From the NCBI GenBank assembly GCA_045132775.1, contig JBGUSX010000116.1, positions 24,476 to 88,475 of the forward strand: a stretch of DNA of 64,000 nt, written 5' to 3'. Shown one piece after another: positions 1-8,474 of the stretch; position 1 is the first letter of the stretch, and each line of letters opens with the position of its first letter. The position numbers were made by a program, and so were the translations under genes. Below the pieces are notes generated by a model. That model was not told the origin of the DNA. It ran no database searches and saw only the letters and a list, made by a program, of their open reading frames with translations. Source of the DNA: Eubacteriales bacterium (GTDB lineage Bacteria; Bacillota; Clostridia; Oscillospirales; CAG-272).

Positions 1-146
1 GATTGACAAATATTTTTCATTTTTTCCGTTTTTTCGAAGAAAAGGTAGTAAAAAACAAAAAATTTACAATTACTTAATTGAATTTTTGCCCCCATACAAG
101 TACAATATATAAGATATTTAAGTTTTTTCAAGAAAGGAACAACAAA

Positions 147-485
147 ATGAACACTTTTGCATTGCTTCTTACATCCGGCACAACGGGTAGCACGGGCGGA
201 GATCTTCTTTCCCTGCTCCCCATGATCCTTATCATCGGTGTTATGATCGTTTTCATGGTCATTTCCTCCCGCAAGCAGAAAAAGCAGGATCAGGAGATCG
301 CTAACATGCGTAACAACCTCAGCGTCGGCGACGAGATCACCACTATCGGCGGTATCATCGGCAAGGTCGTAAGCATCAAGGAAGAGACCTGCGTTATCGA
401 GACCAGCCGCGACGGCACAAAGATCCGCATCCTCAAGAGCGCGGTAAGCCGTGTTGACGTTAAGGCAGAGGATTCTATCGACTAA
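147..485 (+). CDS. yajC: Preprotein translocase subunit YajC
   Basis: Single TM helix followed by L.VGDEITTIGGIIGKV and I.I.KSAVSRV motifs; start moved to ATG 147 after SD AAAGGA. Confidence 0.95.
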   Translation: MNTFALLLTSGTTGSTGGDLLSLLPMILIIGVMIVFMVISSRKQKKQDQEIANMRNNLSVGDEITTIGGIIGKVVSIKEETCVIETSRDGTKIRILKSAVSRVDVKAEDSID

Positions 486-558
486 TTTCTAACCGTAATA
501 AAAATGCCTCCCAGAGCATATATTTCTGTAGAAAATATAGCTTTACGGAGGCGTTTTT

Positions 559-1065
559 ATGTATAATGACCGTCACAGAGGAAAGAGCGGACTGCCCGCG
601 CAAAAAAGGCAGATGGTAATGGCTCAAAGGACTCATGCGAGTGAAGAGACACCGATCGTCAAAACTGTTCTTCTCTCCTCTCTTTTCGGGGTGCTGGCGT
701 CGGTTCTGTCGGGAGGAATTCTGTTGACGATACTTTGTTTTGTCGCACTTGGGTCGGAGGATCCTCTTTCCATGATAGCTCCGCTCTCTCTGCTCGCGCT
801 TTTGCCGTCAAACTTTTTGGGCGGATTTATAAGCACAAAGAAGGCAGACTGCTCACCCTTGGCTTGCGGTGCGATATGCGCGGCTATGTGGATGCTTCTC
901 TCTCTTGTCGTGGCACTCTGTCTTCCCTATCCGTCCTCAGATCACGCGCTTTGGCAGAGTATTATTCTCCACGCGGCGAGCGTGCTCTTTTGCGTGCTTG
1001 GGGCTTTTGCAGGAGGATATAAGCCAAGGAGAGACACAAGGAAGAAGCGGAGGTTTGGAAAATAG
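559..1065 (+). CDS. Four-TM membrane protein, TIGR04086 (YrzE-like) family
   Basis: Four hydrophobic helices, basic tail, SD GGAGG, position after yajC typical of Clostridia. Confidence 0.7.
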   Translation: MYNDRHRGKSGLPAQKRQMVMAQRTHASEETPIVKTVLLSSLFGVLASVLSGGILLTILCFVALGSEDPLSMIAPLSLLALLPSNFLGGFISTKKADCSPLACGAICAAMWMLLSLVVALCLPYPSSDHALWQSIILHAASVLFCVLGAFAGGYKPRRDTRKKRRFGK

Positions 1066-1071
1066 CATAAT

Positions 1072-1129
1072 TCCCCTCATCAGTCGCTACGCGACAGCTT
1101 CTCCCCGAGGAGAAGCTGTCGCGTAGCGA
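1072..1129. repeat. Palindromic dispersed repeat (REP-like), copy 1; second copy at 53856-53901
   Basis: tcccctcatcagtcgctacgcgacagcttctccccgaggagaagc; here extended into a perfect 21-bp stem 1084-1129. Confidence 0.8.
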
Positions 1130-1146
1130 ACAGTATGGAAAATTAT

Positions 1147-1170
1147 AGGGCAACCGCGTGCGGTTGCCCT
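1147..1170. terminator. Hairpin between convergent genes (probable terminator)
   Basis: agggcaaccgc-gt-gcggttgccct. Confidence 0.6.
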
Positions 1171-1175
1171 GTTGC

Positions 1176-1970
1176 TTATTTTACCGATTTATAGAATTCA
1201 AGCGAGTCAAAGCCGCGCTCGAGGTGGTTAAGTATATAGCTTTCGGCGGCTTTTGCAAGCTCATTCGTCTCGCCCTCGTCCTTGAGCTCAAAGGAGAATA
1301 TCTTTGAGTCGGGCGCGGTAACGATATACCGCAATGCCGCGAGTGCTGACGGTGAGAGTCCGCACAGTATGCTCGCCTCGGGCATATCCTCAAATTCCTT
1401 TGAAACGCTTACCTTTTTGTCTCCCTTTTTTGCAAGGCAGTCTGTACAGATAAGCTTTCCTCCCATTACGTCGAGATATGTATAATCCGAAAATTTTTCT
1501 TTACAATACGCGCAATAGGATATCTCGGGGCAATATCCCGATATAGCCGCGGCGCGCATCTCGAAAACCGCTTTTATAAGTCTTTGATCCTTTGCGCCTC
1601 TGCCGAGCAGATAGAGCGAATTGAGGAGCAGACGCATTATGCTGTCGTCCTCGCCTCCCTCGTCGGTAAGCTCGTTGGCAAGGTCACAGAGATATGACGC
1701 GAGTGCAACTCTGACTATGTCGGTCGAGAGATCGTAAAATGGGTTTATGATCTCGCCACCGCGCAGCCAATACATATTTCCCTTTTGGTTGATCTCAAAA
1801 TTTGCGTACGTGAAGAGCTGGGAGATAGAGCGCATCTTGCTTGCGGGCGACCTACCGCCCTTGACCATAACGCCGATGCGTCCGCGGTCTTCGGTGATTA
1901 TATTGAGCATCTTGTCACTCGCGCCAACGTCGTATATTCGTGTAATTACACCGTTTGTGGCAAATTCCAT
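1176..1970 (-). CDS. recO: DNA repair protein RecO
   Basis: N-terminal OB fold (D.ML.I.T..RG.I...KG), CxxC..CxxC zinc finger, directly downstream of era. Confidence 0.95.
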   Translation of the reverse strand: MEFATNGVITRIYDVGASDKMLNIITEDRGRIGVMVKGGRSPASKMRSISQLFTYANFEINQKGNMYWLRGGEIINPFYDLSTDIVRVALASYLCDLANELTDEGGEDDSIMRLLLNSLYLLGRGAKDQRLIKAVFEMRAAAISGYCPEISYCAYCKEKFSDYTYLDVMGGKLICTDCLAKKGDKKVSVSKEFEDMPEASILCGLSPSALAALRYIVTAPDSKIFSFELKDEGETNELAKAAESYILNHLERGFDSLEFYKSVK

Positions 1971-2027
1971 GGCTCTTCTCCTTTCTTCAAAAAAGCATAT
2001 TGCTCCGAGGACTTCGGAGCAATATTT

Positions 2028-2912
2028 TTATTCCTCGCTATAGCCGAAGTCGGTTATTCCTCTTTGGCTGTCGCGCCAATTTTCCTTTACCTTTACCCAA
2101 AGGTCGAGATAGACCTTCGCGCCGAAGATAGCTTCGAGGTCGGCACGCGCGTAAGAGCCGACACGCTTTAATTCCTCGCCGCCCTTACCGACGATGATTC
2201 CCTTATGCGATGCCTTCTCGCAGAAGATCTCTGCGCGGATGCTGATAAGTGTTCCCTCGTCCTTGAAGGCTTCTATTGCGACCGCTACGCCGTGCGGTAT
2301 CTCCTTATCAAGCGTACGCAGGAGCTTCTCTCTTATGACCTCTGCCGCTACCTGTCTCTCGGACTGGTCGGTCACCATATCCTCGGGGAAGAAAAATTCT
2401 GATTCCTGAAGGAAGGGCTTGCACTCGTCAAGGAGCGCGTCAACGCCTTTTCCGTTCTTTGCGCAGATCGGTACTACTGCCGAAAAATCGTGGAGAGCTG
2501 CGTATGCCGCTATAGTCTCTGCGATCTGCTCGCGGCGGTAGAGGTCGATCTTATTGAGCGCCAATACCACGGGTGTTCCCGTTTTTTTGGAATATTCGAT
2601 AACGTTCTTCTCTACCTCGGTTATATTTTTGCCCGTATCGGTGACGAGAATTACCGCGTCAGCATCCTGCATGGTGCTGTTTGCGGTCTTTACCATGAAC
2701 GTACCGAGGGTGTTCTTCGGTCTGAAAATACCGGGGGTATCGAGGAACACGAACTGATCCTCACCCTTGGTATGTATTCCGATAATTCTGTTTCTTGTGG
2801 TCTGCGGCTTTGAGGAGACTATTGCCACCTTTTCGCCGAGCATTGTATTGAGAAGCGTGGACTTGCCTACGTTGGGGCGTCCTACTATTGCTATAAATCC
2901 TGTTCTTTTCAT
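2028..2912 (-). CDS. era: GTPase Era
   Basis: GRPNVGKST, PQTTR, DTPG, NKID, C-terminal KH domain. Confidence 0.98.
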   Translation of the reverse strand: MKRTGFIAIVGRPNVGKSTLLNTMLGEKVAIVSSKPQTTRNRIIGIHTKGEDQFVFLDTPGIFRPKNTLGTFMVKTANSTMQDADAVILVTDTGKNITEVEKNVIEYSKKTGTPVVLALNKIDLYRREQIAETIAAYAALHDFSAVVPICAKNGKGVDALLDECKPFLQESEFFFPEDMVTDQSERQVAAEVIREKLLRTLDKEIPHGVAVAIEAFKDEGTLISIRAEIFCEKASHKGIIVGKGGEELKRVGSYARADLEAIFGAKVYLDLWVKVKENWRDSQRGITDFGYSEE

Positions 2913-2920
2913 CTTCCGTT

Positions 2921-3544
2921 TTATTCCTCTGTCATTGATTTTACGTAGCCGCGCGGATCCTCTTTTTTAAGGTCTATGCGTTTTCCGTTTTTGTAATCTA
3001 TAAGGTATACGTACTCGGGTCTGTCCGACATACTCGAGCCTCCCGCCTTGACGACGAGGCGCGAATTTTTAACGGGATATTCCCGCTCGTAGACAAGAAT
3101 ACCGTCAACCTTGTCGCTGTAGTCGGTATAATTGAAATTCTTGAAGCTGCCCCAATGAATACCGTCGTAAAGGTCGTATATTTTGTACACGGTCTCGATG
3201 CTTATATCCTCTTTGTTGTTGACGATCTTATTGTTTTTCGATGCAACGAGCATATCGATGCCGAGAGGTCCGAGAACGAAAAGCACAAGCGCGGTGGTGA
3301 CAATAAAGGTTATCAGTCTTATGTGACTTTGAACAAAGCCCTCCTTGCGCTTGTATCCCTTTGTGATTTTCTCGGGAGTTGCTTGCTCCGAGTTCCCCGT
3401 GATCTCGGACTCGGTTTCGGGTTTGGGGAGATCTTCTTCTTTCTTTGATCTTGCCGCCTCGCGTTCAAGCTCTCGCTCGCGCTCCGCCGCTTCCCTTTGG
3501 GCGCGTTTTTCGGCTTCAAGGGCTCTTTTTTCACTCGGTTTCAT
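2921..3544 (-). CDS. Hypothetical single-pass membrane protein with charged N-terminal coil
   Basis: 207 aa ORF, SD GGAG, one TM helix, co-oriented in the ybeY-era operon. Confidence 0.75.
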   Translation of the reverse strand: MKPSEKRALEAEKRAQREAAERERELEREAARSKKEEDLPKPETESEITGNSEQATPEKITKGYKRKEGFVQSHIRLITFIVTTALVLFVLGPLGIDMLVASKNNKIVNNKEDISIETVYKIYDLYDGIHWGSFKNFNYTDYSDKVDGILVYEREYPVKNSRLVVKAGGSSMSDRPEYVYLIDYKNGKRIDLKKEDPRGYVKSMTEE

Positions 3545-3659
3545 TTAATCTCCATTCCGCCGCACGCGGCGGCACAAATAATAATCAATGAATTTTGCCA
3601 AAGCAAAATTCGCGCGTGAAAAAGATTTTTTCACTATAAGAGAGGTGTAACTTTCACGC
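3545..3659 (-). repeat. Three-hairpin intergenic element, copy A (homolog at 24084-24201)
   Basis: Colinear similarity and shared stems with copy B; ends at the start codon of the downstream gene. Confidence 0.75.
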
Positions 3660-3688
3660 CAAACCTCCCATTTCCGACATAAACGGAC

Positions 3689-4183
3689 TTATTTTACCTC
3701 AAGTCCCATGATCTTCATGATCTCAGACTGTCTTGCGCGCATTTCCTTGTCCTCTTCCTCTCCCTTTTCGTGATCGTATCCGAGAAGGTGGAGCATTGAG
3801 TGTACCGTAAGGAACGCGACCTCACGCGCAAAGCTGTGACCGAATTCCTCTGCCTGCTCCTTTGCTCTTTCAAGCGAGATGACTATATCTCCGAGGTTGC
3901 TGATGAGCTCGTCTATCGGAGGCTCCTCGCAGTCGCCCTCAAAGTCGAGGAGCGGGAATGAAAGCACGTCGGTGGGCTTGTCCATCTCGCGAAACTTCTT
4001 GTTGAGCTCACGGATTCCCTCGTTATCCGTAAAGGTAACCGATACCTCGCATACCGCGTTGAAATCCTCAAAATCGAGTGTTGTTTCAATTGCTTCGCGA
4101 AGAAGCATTTTGAGGTTATAGCTTACCTTATATTTTTCCTGGTCGTTTTCAAAGTAGATTCTGAGCTTCATTTTTCTGTTCAT
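3689..4183 (-). CDS. ybeY: rRNA maturation endoribonuclease YbeY
   Basis: PTDVLSFP, LGDIVIS, HSMLHLLGYDH motifs; ATG 4183 after GGAGG. Confidence 0.97.
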   Translation of the reverse strand: MNRKMKLRIYFENDQEKYKVSYNLKMLLREAIETTLDFEDFNAVCEVSVTFTDNEGIRELNKKFREMDKPTDVLSFPLLDFEGDCEEPPIDELISNLGDIVISLERAKEQAEEFGHSFAREVAFLTVHSMLHLLGYDHEKGEEEDKEMRARQSEIMKIMGLEVK

Positions 4184-4205
4184 TTTTTCTTCCTCCAAGG
4201 TTGTG

Positions 4206-5243
4206 TCAGTTTTCTTTTCTTACAAAGGTCTTTTTGCCGTCGGCATTTCTTCTCGCCTCGGCTCTCTCTCTTTTCTCGCGGTCGAATTTTTCGTACGCGA
4301 GAATTATCTTTTGCACAAGCTTATGTCTTACGACGTCTCGCTCGGTAAATGCGTGTATCTCTATGTCATCGATGCCGTCAAGGATCTTGACCGCCTCGGC
4401 AAGTCCGCTCTTCTGTCCGCTCGGCAGGTCGGTCTGCGTTAAATCTCCAGTGACCACCGCCTTGGAATTGAAGCCGAGACGGGTCAGAAACATCTTCATC
4501 TGCTCGGGTGTGCAGTTCTGCGCTTCGTCGAGGATGATAAATGAATCGTCAAGCGTTCGTCCTCTCATATATGCAAGCGGCGCGACCTCGATAACTCCCT
4601 TTTCTACCTGTCTTTGATAATTCTCCGCGCCCATCATCTCAAAAAGTGAGTCGTAGAGAGGGCGGAGATAGGGGTCTATCTTGCTCTGCAGATCTCCCGG
4701 CAAAAATCCGAGCTTCTCGCCTGCCTCTATAGCGGGGCGCGTGAGAATGATCCTTGACACCTGCTTTTCGCGAAGTGCCTTTACCGCCATAGCGACCGCC
4801 AAAAATGTCTTACCCGTTCCCGCAGGACCTACGCCGAGGACGATCGTGTTTTTCTTGATCGCATTGACGTAATGCTTCTGTCCCACCGTTTTTGCCTTTA
4901 TCGGCTTGCCCTTCATCGTCACGCAGATAGTATCGTCTCCAAGGCTTTCAAGCTCGCCCGAGCGACCTGCCATAACGGTATCACAGACGTATATAACGCT
5001 CTGATCGGTGATGTTTCCGTTGTACTTTGCCATTTTGACAAGGTACCTCACCGCCTCGGCGGCATGGGCGACGGCTTCTTCGTCCTCGGCAGAGACCGCA
5101 ATGACCTCACCGCCGTCCTCCGCGACTCTGTTGTGCAGAGCGACACCGAATTTCTTTTCGATTATGTCAAGATTTGAGTCACAGCTGCCAAAGACTGCCG
5201 CAACTATATCCGAGCTTTCGGCTCTGATTATTTTACTGCTCAT
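4206..5243 (-). CDS. phoH: PhoH-family ATPase
   Basis: GPAGTGKT, LGFLPGDL, AYMRGRTL, DEAQN motifs. Confidence 0.96.
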   Translation of the reverse strand: MSSKIIRAESSDIVAAVFGSCDSNLDIIEKKFGVALHNRVAEDGGEVIAVSAEDEEAVAHAAEAVRYLVKMAKYNGNITDQSVIYVCDTVMAGRSGELESLGDDTICVTMKGKPIKAKTVGQKHYVNAIKKNTIVLGVGPAGTGKTFLAVAMAVKALREKQVSRIILTRPAIEAGEKLGFLPGDLQSKIDPYLRPLYDSLFEMMGAENYQRQVEKGVIEVAPLAYMRGRTLDDSFIILDEAQNCTPEQMKMFLTRLGFNSKAVVTGDLTQTDLPSGQKSGLAEAVKILDGIDDIEIHAFTERDVVRHKLVQKIILAYEKFDREKRERAEARRNADGKKTFVRKEN

Positions 5244-5258
5244 ATTTACCTTTCCTTT

Positions 5259-6440
5259 TTACTCGCCAAGGATAACGTCAAACTCCGACACCTCGGCAAT
5301 ATCTTCAATGAGAACTATCACGCAATGCAGAATAAACCTGTCGTCGCGCACAAGCGGTATTACCGTCTTTTTGATAAGAGTTGAATCCTCGCTCATATCT
5401 GCAAGCCTTTTATCAAGCTCAAAATATGCGAGCTCCTCTGCCGCCTTTTCGCTTCTCGTCTCATACACCGTTTCGTATTCGAGATATTTTACGGTCCTGA
5501 CGGCAAAAGGGGTCTGTACTCTGCCAAAAAGGCTACAGTTCTCCACTATATTTATTTTATCACAAAGTATATCCTCATTTCCATACTTTTTTGAAATGTT
5601 CATTGAAAAGTCAAAAAAATTTAAAACTTTTTCACAATATTCAAGCCCCGTATAGCGTTTCGTCTCGTATTCGTACGGAATTTCAATATAAAACTCCTCA
5701 ACCGTTCGCGCATAGACCTTTCCCGATGCCCGAGTGTATCTGAAGCCCTCCTGCACGCTGTCAAAAAGTCCGCTTACCAAAAGCTCCCCTTCCTTTACGT
5801 ATTGCCCTGCACCAACGACGACGTTTCCCCGATAGATGCGCACCTCCTCGACAATTCCGCTCTTTTTTGCCACGAGATTTGCAGGGCGAGTCGGCTCCGA
5901 GGGCCTTTCGACCTCGCGCTCTCGCACCTCGACGTTTGCCACCGTGCCGATTATGTTAACCGATATCCAGGAAAGTTTATCTGTTTTCATCAGGATCCTG
6001 TTTTCGATCTTATCGGTGTTCGCGTGCGGAATGAAGCTTCCCACCTCAAATCCCTGCTCGCGCAAGAGCTCTCTTATCTCGCCCGAGGTCACGCTCTCGT
6101 TTCCCGTGACCTCGATATCCCAGATATAGAGATGCGAGGCGATCACGAGTGCCGCGGCACACAATATGCCGAGCCATATTCCAAAGCGATATTTATATTT
6201 ACCCAAAAATATCGGCAAGCCGCTTTTTTTCTCGACCGTATAGCAGATACCTCTCGCCTCGGCTTCCCTCTTGAACCGCTTGAACTCTGAGAGACGGAAC
6301 ACCACCGTGACTTTGTCGGGGTATGATTTAAAATCCGAATACGGAATCGACAGGTGCATGCAGAGATTGAGAAACGCGGTCACATTTGAGTAGTCTGCCG
6401 CTACCGTGACAGATCCCAGAAAAAAATAAGACGGATTCAT
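5259..6440 (-). CDS. yqfD: Stage IV sporulation protein YqfD
   Basis: TM plus POTRA-like region, NLVAKKSGIV...G.YVKEGELLVSG motif, yqfC-yqfD-phoH synteny. Confidence 0.88.
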   Translation of the reverse strand: MNPSYFFLGSVTVAADYSNVTAFLNLCMHLSIPYSDFKSYPDKVTVVFRLSEFKRFKREAEARGICYTVEKKSGLPIFLGKYKYRFGIWLGILCAAALVIASHLYIWDIEVTGNESVTSGEIRELLREQGFEVGSFIPHANTDKIENRILMKTDKLSWISVNIIGTVANVEVREREVERPSEPTRPANLVAKKSGIVEEVRIYRGNVVVGAGQYVKEGELLVSGLFDSVQEGFRYTRASGKVYARTVEEFYIEIPYEYETKRYTGLEYCEKVLNFFDFSMNISKKYGNEDILCDKINIVENCSLFGRVQTPFAVRTVKYLEYETVYETRSEKAAEELAYFELDKRLADMSEDSTLIKKTVIPLVRDDRFILHCVIVLIEDIAEVSEFDVILGE

Positions 6441-6742
6441 TCTTCCTCCTCCGTGCAAAACGCAAGCGAATCTATGACCCCCTCAACGCTCACGCTTCCG
6501 CCGTGAAATGAGGTACAAACGAGTCTTTTGCCCTTTACTCTCAATTTATCTTTTTTTATCTCGAGCTCGACCGCTTCGGGCGAGTAGCCGAGGATGCGTT
6601 TGCACCCTTTTACAAGCAGACTGTTTTTTCCGCGCATCTCAATATACACGTCCCCTGCAATTGAGTCGCCGTCTGCATCCGCTCTCACTGCGAGATACTC
6701 GAAAAAACCGCGCTTTTCATCTTTTTTTCTATCTTTGCTCAT
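6437..6742 (-). CDS. yqfC: YabP/YqfC family sporulation protein
   Basis: 101 aa, G.K.IL.YS...V.L...G..L pattern, overlaps yqfD start by 4 nt. Confidence 0.85.
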   Translation of the reverse strand: MSKDRKKDEKRGFFEYLAVRADADGDSIAGDVYIEMRGKNSLLVKGCKRILGYSPEAVELEIKKDKLRVKGKRLVCTSFHGGSVSVEGVIDSLAFCTEEEE

Positions 6743-6795
6743 ATTGCGACCTCTTGAAAAATATAAATTACCGAACGCTCTTTCAAGGAGGAATC

Positions 6796-7902
6796 ATGGA
6801 AAATAAAAGAAAAGAATCTGTATCGGCATCGCTGGTGGGCGCTTTGACCCTTGGCGCGTTTTTTCTGATCCTGTGTTCCTCCGACGTAGCAATAGAGTAT
6901 ATGAAAAAAGGGCTTGTTCTATGCGCGGGGACGGTCGTCCCCTCTCTCTTTCCCTTTATGGTGATATCAGAGCTTATCGTGTCGAGCGGTATAGGAATAA
7001 GGATATCGCGTTTTTTTCGCCGTCCGATGAGGGTACTGTTCTCTGTGAGCGAGGCGGGTGCCGCCGCGTTTCTTTTGGGCACAGTTTGCGGTTTCCCGAT
7101 AGGCGCGGCAACTGCGGCATCTATGCAGGATAAGGGTATTATTTCAAAGGACGAGCTTGAGCATTTTCTGATCTTTTGCAACAACCCGGGCTCCGCGTTT
7201 GTTATTAGTGCTGTCGGTGCTTCACTCTTTGGAAACGAAAAGCTCGGGCTTTTGCTTTATTTTTCGGTGATACTATCATCTGTCGCGGTCGGTGCGGTTG
7301 GAAGACTTTTCTTTCGAAAACCCAGGAAAAGCGGTGTTTCCGTCACAATTTCCGTTCCCTCGCGCGACATGACATCGCGGATAACCGATGCGATACGTTC
7401 GTCCGCTACGTCTATGCTCACGGTCTGTGCCTACGTGCTTTTTTTCTCCGCGCTCGTTGGTTGCATTGGTGCTGTGCTTGAACGTTTTTCTCTTCCCGAT
7501 TGGGTTCGGGCTTTGATATTCGGATTTTTTGAGCTCTCGAGCGGCGCGAAGGCGGCAAGCGGCATTTCAGACCCGACGGGTGCGATAGTCATCTGCGCTC
7601 TCTTTCTCGGGTGGTCGGGGCTTTCGGTGCATCTGCAGATAATGTCGGTATGCTCGGGCAGAGGCATCTCTTTTAAACCTTATATTATTGCAAAAGCGGC
7701 GCAGGGGGTGATCTCCGCGACTGTCACCTTTCTTGCGCTTAAGTTCTTGTTTCCCTCGCTTCGCGGAGGCATTATCGGGACCTTCTCTCCAAGCGACACG
7801 GCTCTCTCAAGAGTGCTTTACGCTCTTTCCGTCGCGTTTTTTATAGGGTCTGTTGTATTTTTGATTTGCGAAAAACTATCCGGGAAGAAAAATAAAAAAT
7901 AA
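6796..7902 (+). CDS. ylbJ: Sporulation integral membrane protein YlbJ-like
   Basis: V.PSLFPF, G..CGFP.GA, NNPG..F, GFFELS.G, GWSGLSVHLQ motifs; ATG 6796 after AGGAGG. Confidence 0.85.
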   Translation: MENKRKESVSASLVGALTLGAFFLILCSSDVAIEYMKKGLVLCAGTVVPSLFPFMVISELIVSSGIGIRISRFFRRPMRVLFSVSEAGAAAFLLGTVCGFPIGAATAASMQDKGIISKDELEHFLIFCNNPGSAFVISAVGASLFGNEKLGLLLYFSVILSSVAVGAVGRLFFRKPRKSGVSVTISVPSRDMTSRITDAIRSSATSMLTVCAYVLFFSALVGCIGAVLERFSLPDWVRALIFGFFELSSGAKAASGISDPTGAIVICALFLGWSGLSVHLQIMSVCSGRGISFKPYIIAKAAQGVISATVTFLALKFLFPSLRGGIIGTFSPSDTALSRVLYALSVAFFIGSVVFLICEKLSGKKNKK

Positions 7903-7980
7903 TGCGAGAAATTTGAAAAAAGGTATTGACAAATGTTTTTTTGTTTGGTATAATATACAGGTCGTCAAGACAGACGGCTT

Positions 7981-8056
7981 GCTGGTATGGCTCAGTCGGT
8001 AGAGCACGTCATTGGTAATGACGAGGTCATCAGTTCGATTCTGATTACCAGCTCCA
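7981..8056 (+). tRNA. tRNA-Thr(GGT)
   Basis: Cloverleaf: acceptor GCTGGTA/TACCAGC, anticodon arm CGTCA-TTGGTAA-TGACG, T-loop GTTCGAT, encoded CCA; upstream TTGACA/TATAAT promoter. Confidence 0.97.
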
Positions 8057-8087
8057 AAACCCGAACGCAAAAGCGTTCGGGTTTTTT
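8056..8087 (+). terminator. Intrinsic terminator after tRNA
   Basis: aaaacccgaacgc-aaaa-gcgttcgggtttttt. Confidence 0.85.
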
Positions 8088-8149
8088 GCTTAACAATATA
8101 AAAAAACAGTTGACAAAGCGAAAAAAATGTGTTAAAATGTACTGTAATA

Positions 8150-8432
8150 TAAAAACGCTTTGACCGAGAGGAGTAGGCGGTGTGACCTTTTAAAGAGAGC
8201 GCGCGGTTGGTGTGAGTGCGTATAGGTTGCCGTTGAAGGTAGCTCGCGAGCGGTGTGGGTGAAGGGGGTGTTCCCTGCGTAGCCCTCAACGGTGGCAACG
8301 TTAGAGCCTTTGAGTGGTGTTTGTCCGTTTAAAACGGGCGGATATGGAATCCGCCCCTACGGTTGACACAAATTGGGTGGTACCGCGTAGATTTTACGTC
8401 CCGAAGTGCATTTGCACTTCGGGCATTTTTAT
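8150..8432 (+). promoter_or_regulatory. T-box riboswitch (Val specifier GTA)
   Basis: AGTA/AGAGA/GGTGTGA stem I motifs, gaagGTAgc specifier, T-box AATTGGGTGGTACCGCG, terminator cccgaagtgca-tt-tgcacttcggg plus T run. Confidence 0.93.
8335..8361 (-). repeat. GTAG-type REP palindrome inside the T-box leader
   Basis: Minus strand CGTAG-GGGCGGAT-tccat-ATCCGCCC. Confidence 0.65.
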
Positions 8433-8474
8433 TTTATAAAAAAACAAGAAATATATTTGAAAGGAACAGAAAAA

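Noticed and set aside
6508-6795. N-terminal extension of the ylbJ ORF
   Set aside because: Overlaps yqfC on the other strand; a strong SD supports ATG 6796
7981-8100. tRNA-Thr as an integration site
   Set aside because: Followed directly by a terminator and the valS promoter; no integrase or duplicated tRNA 3' end seen
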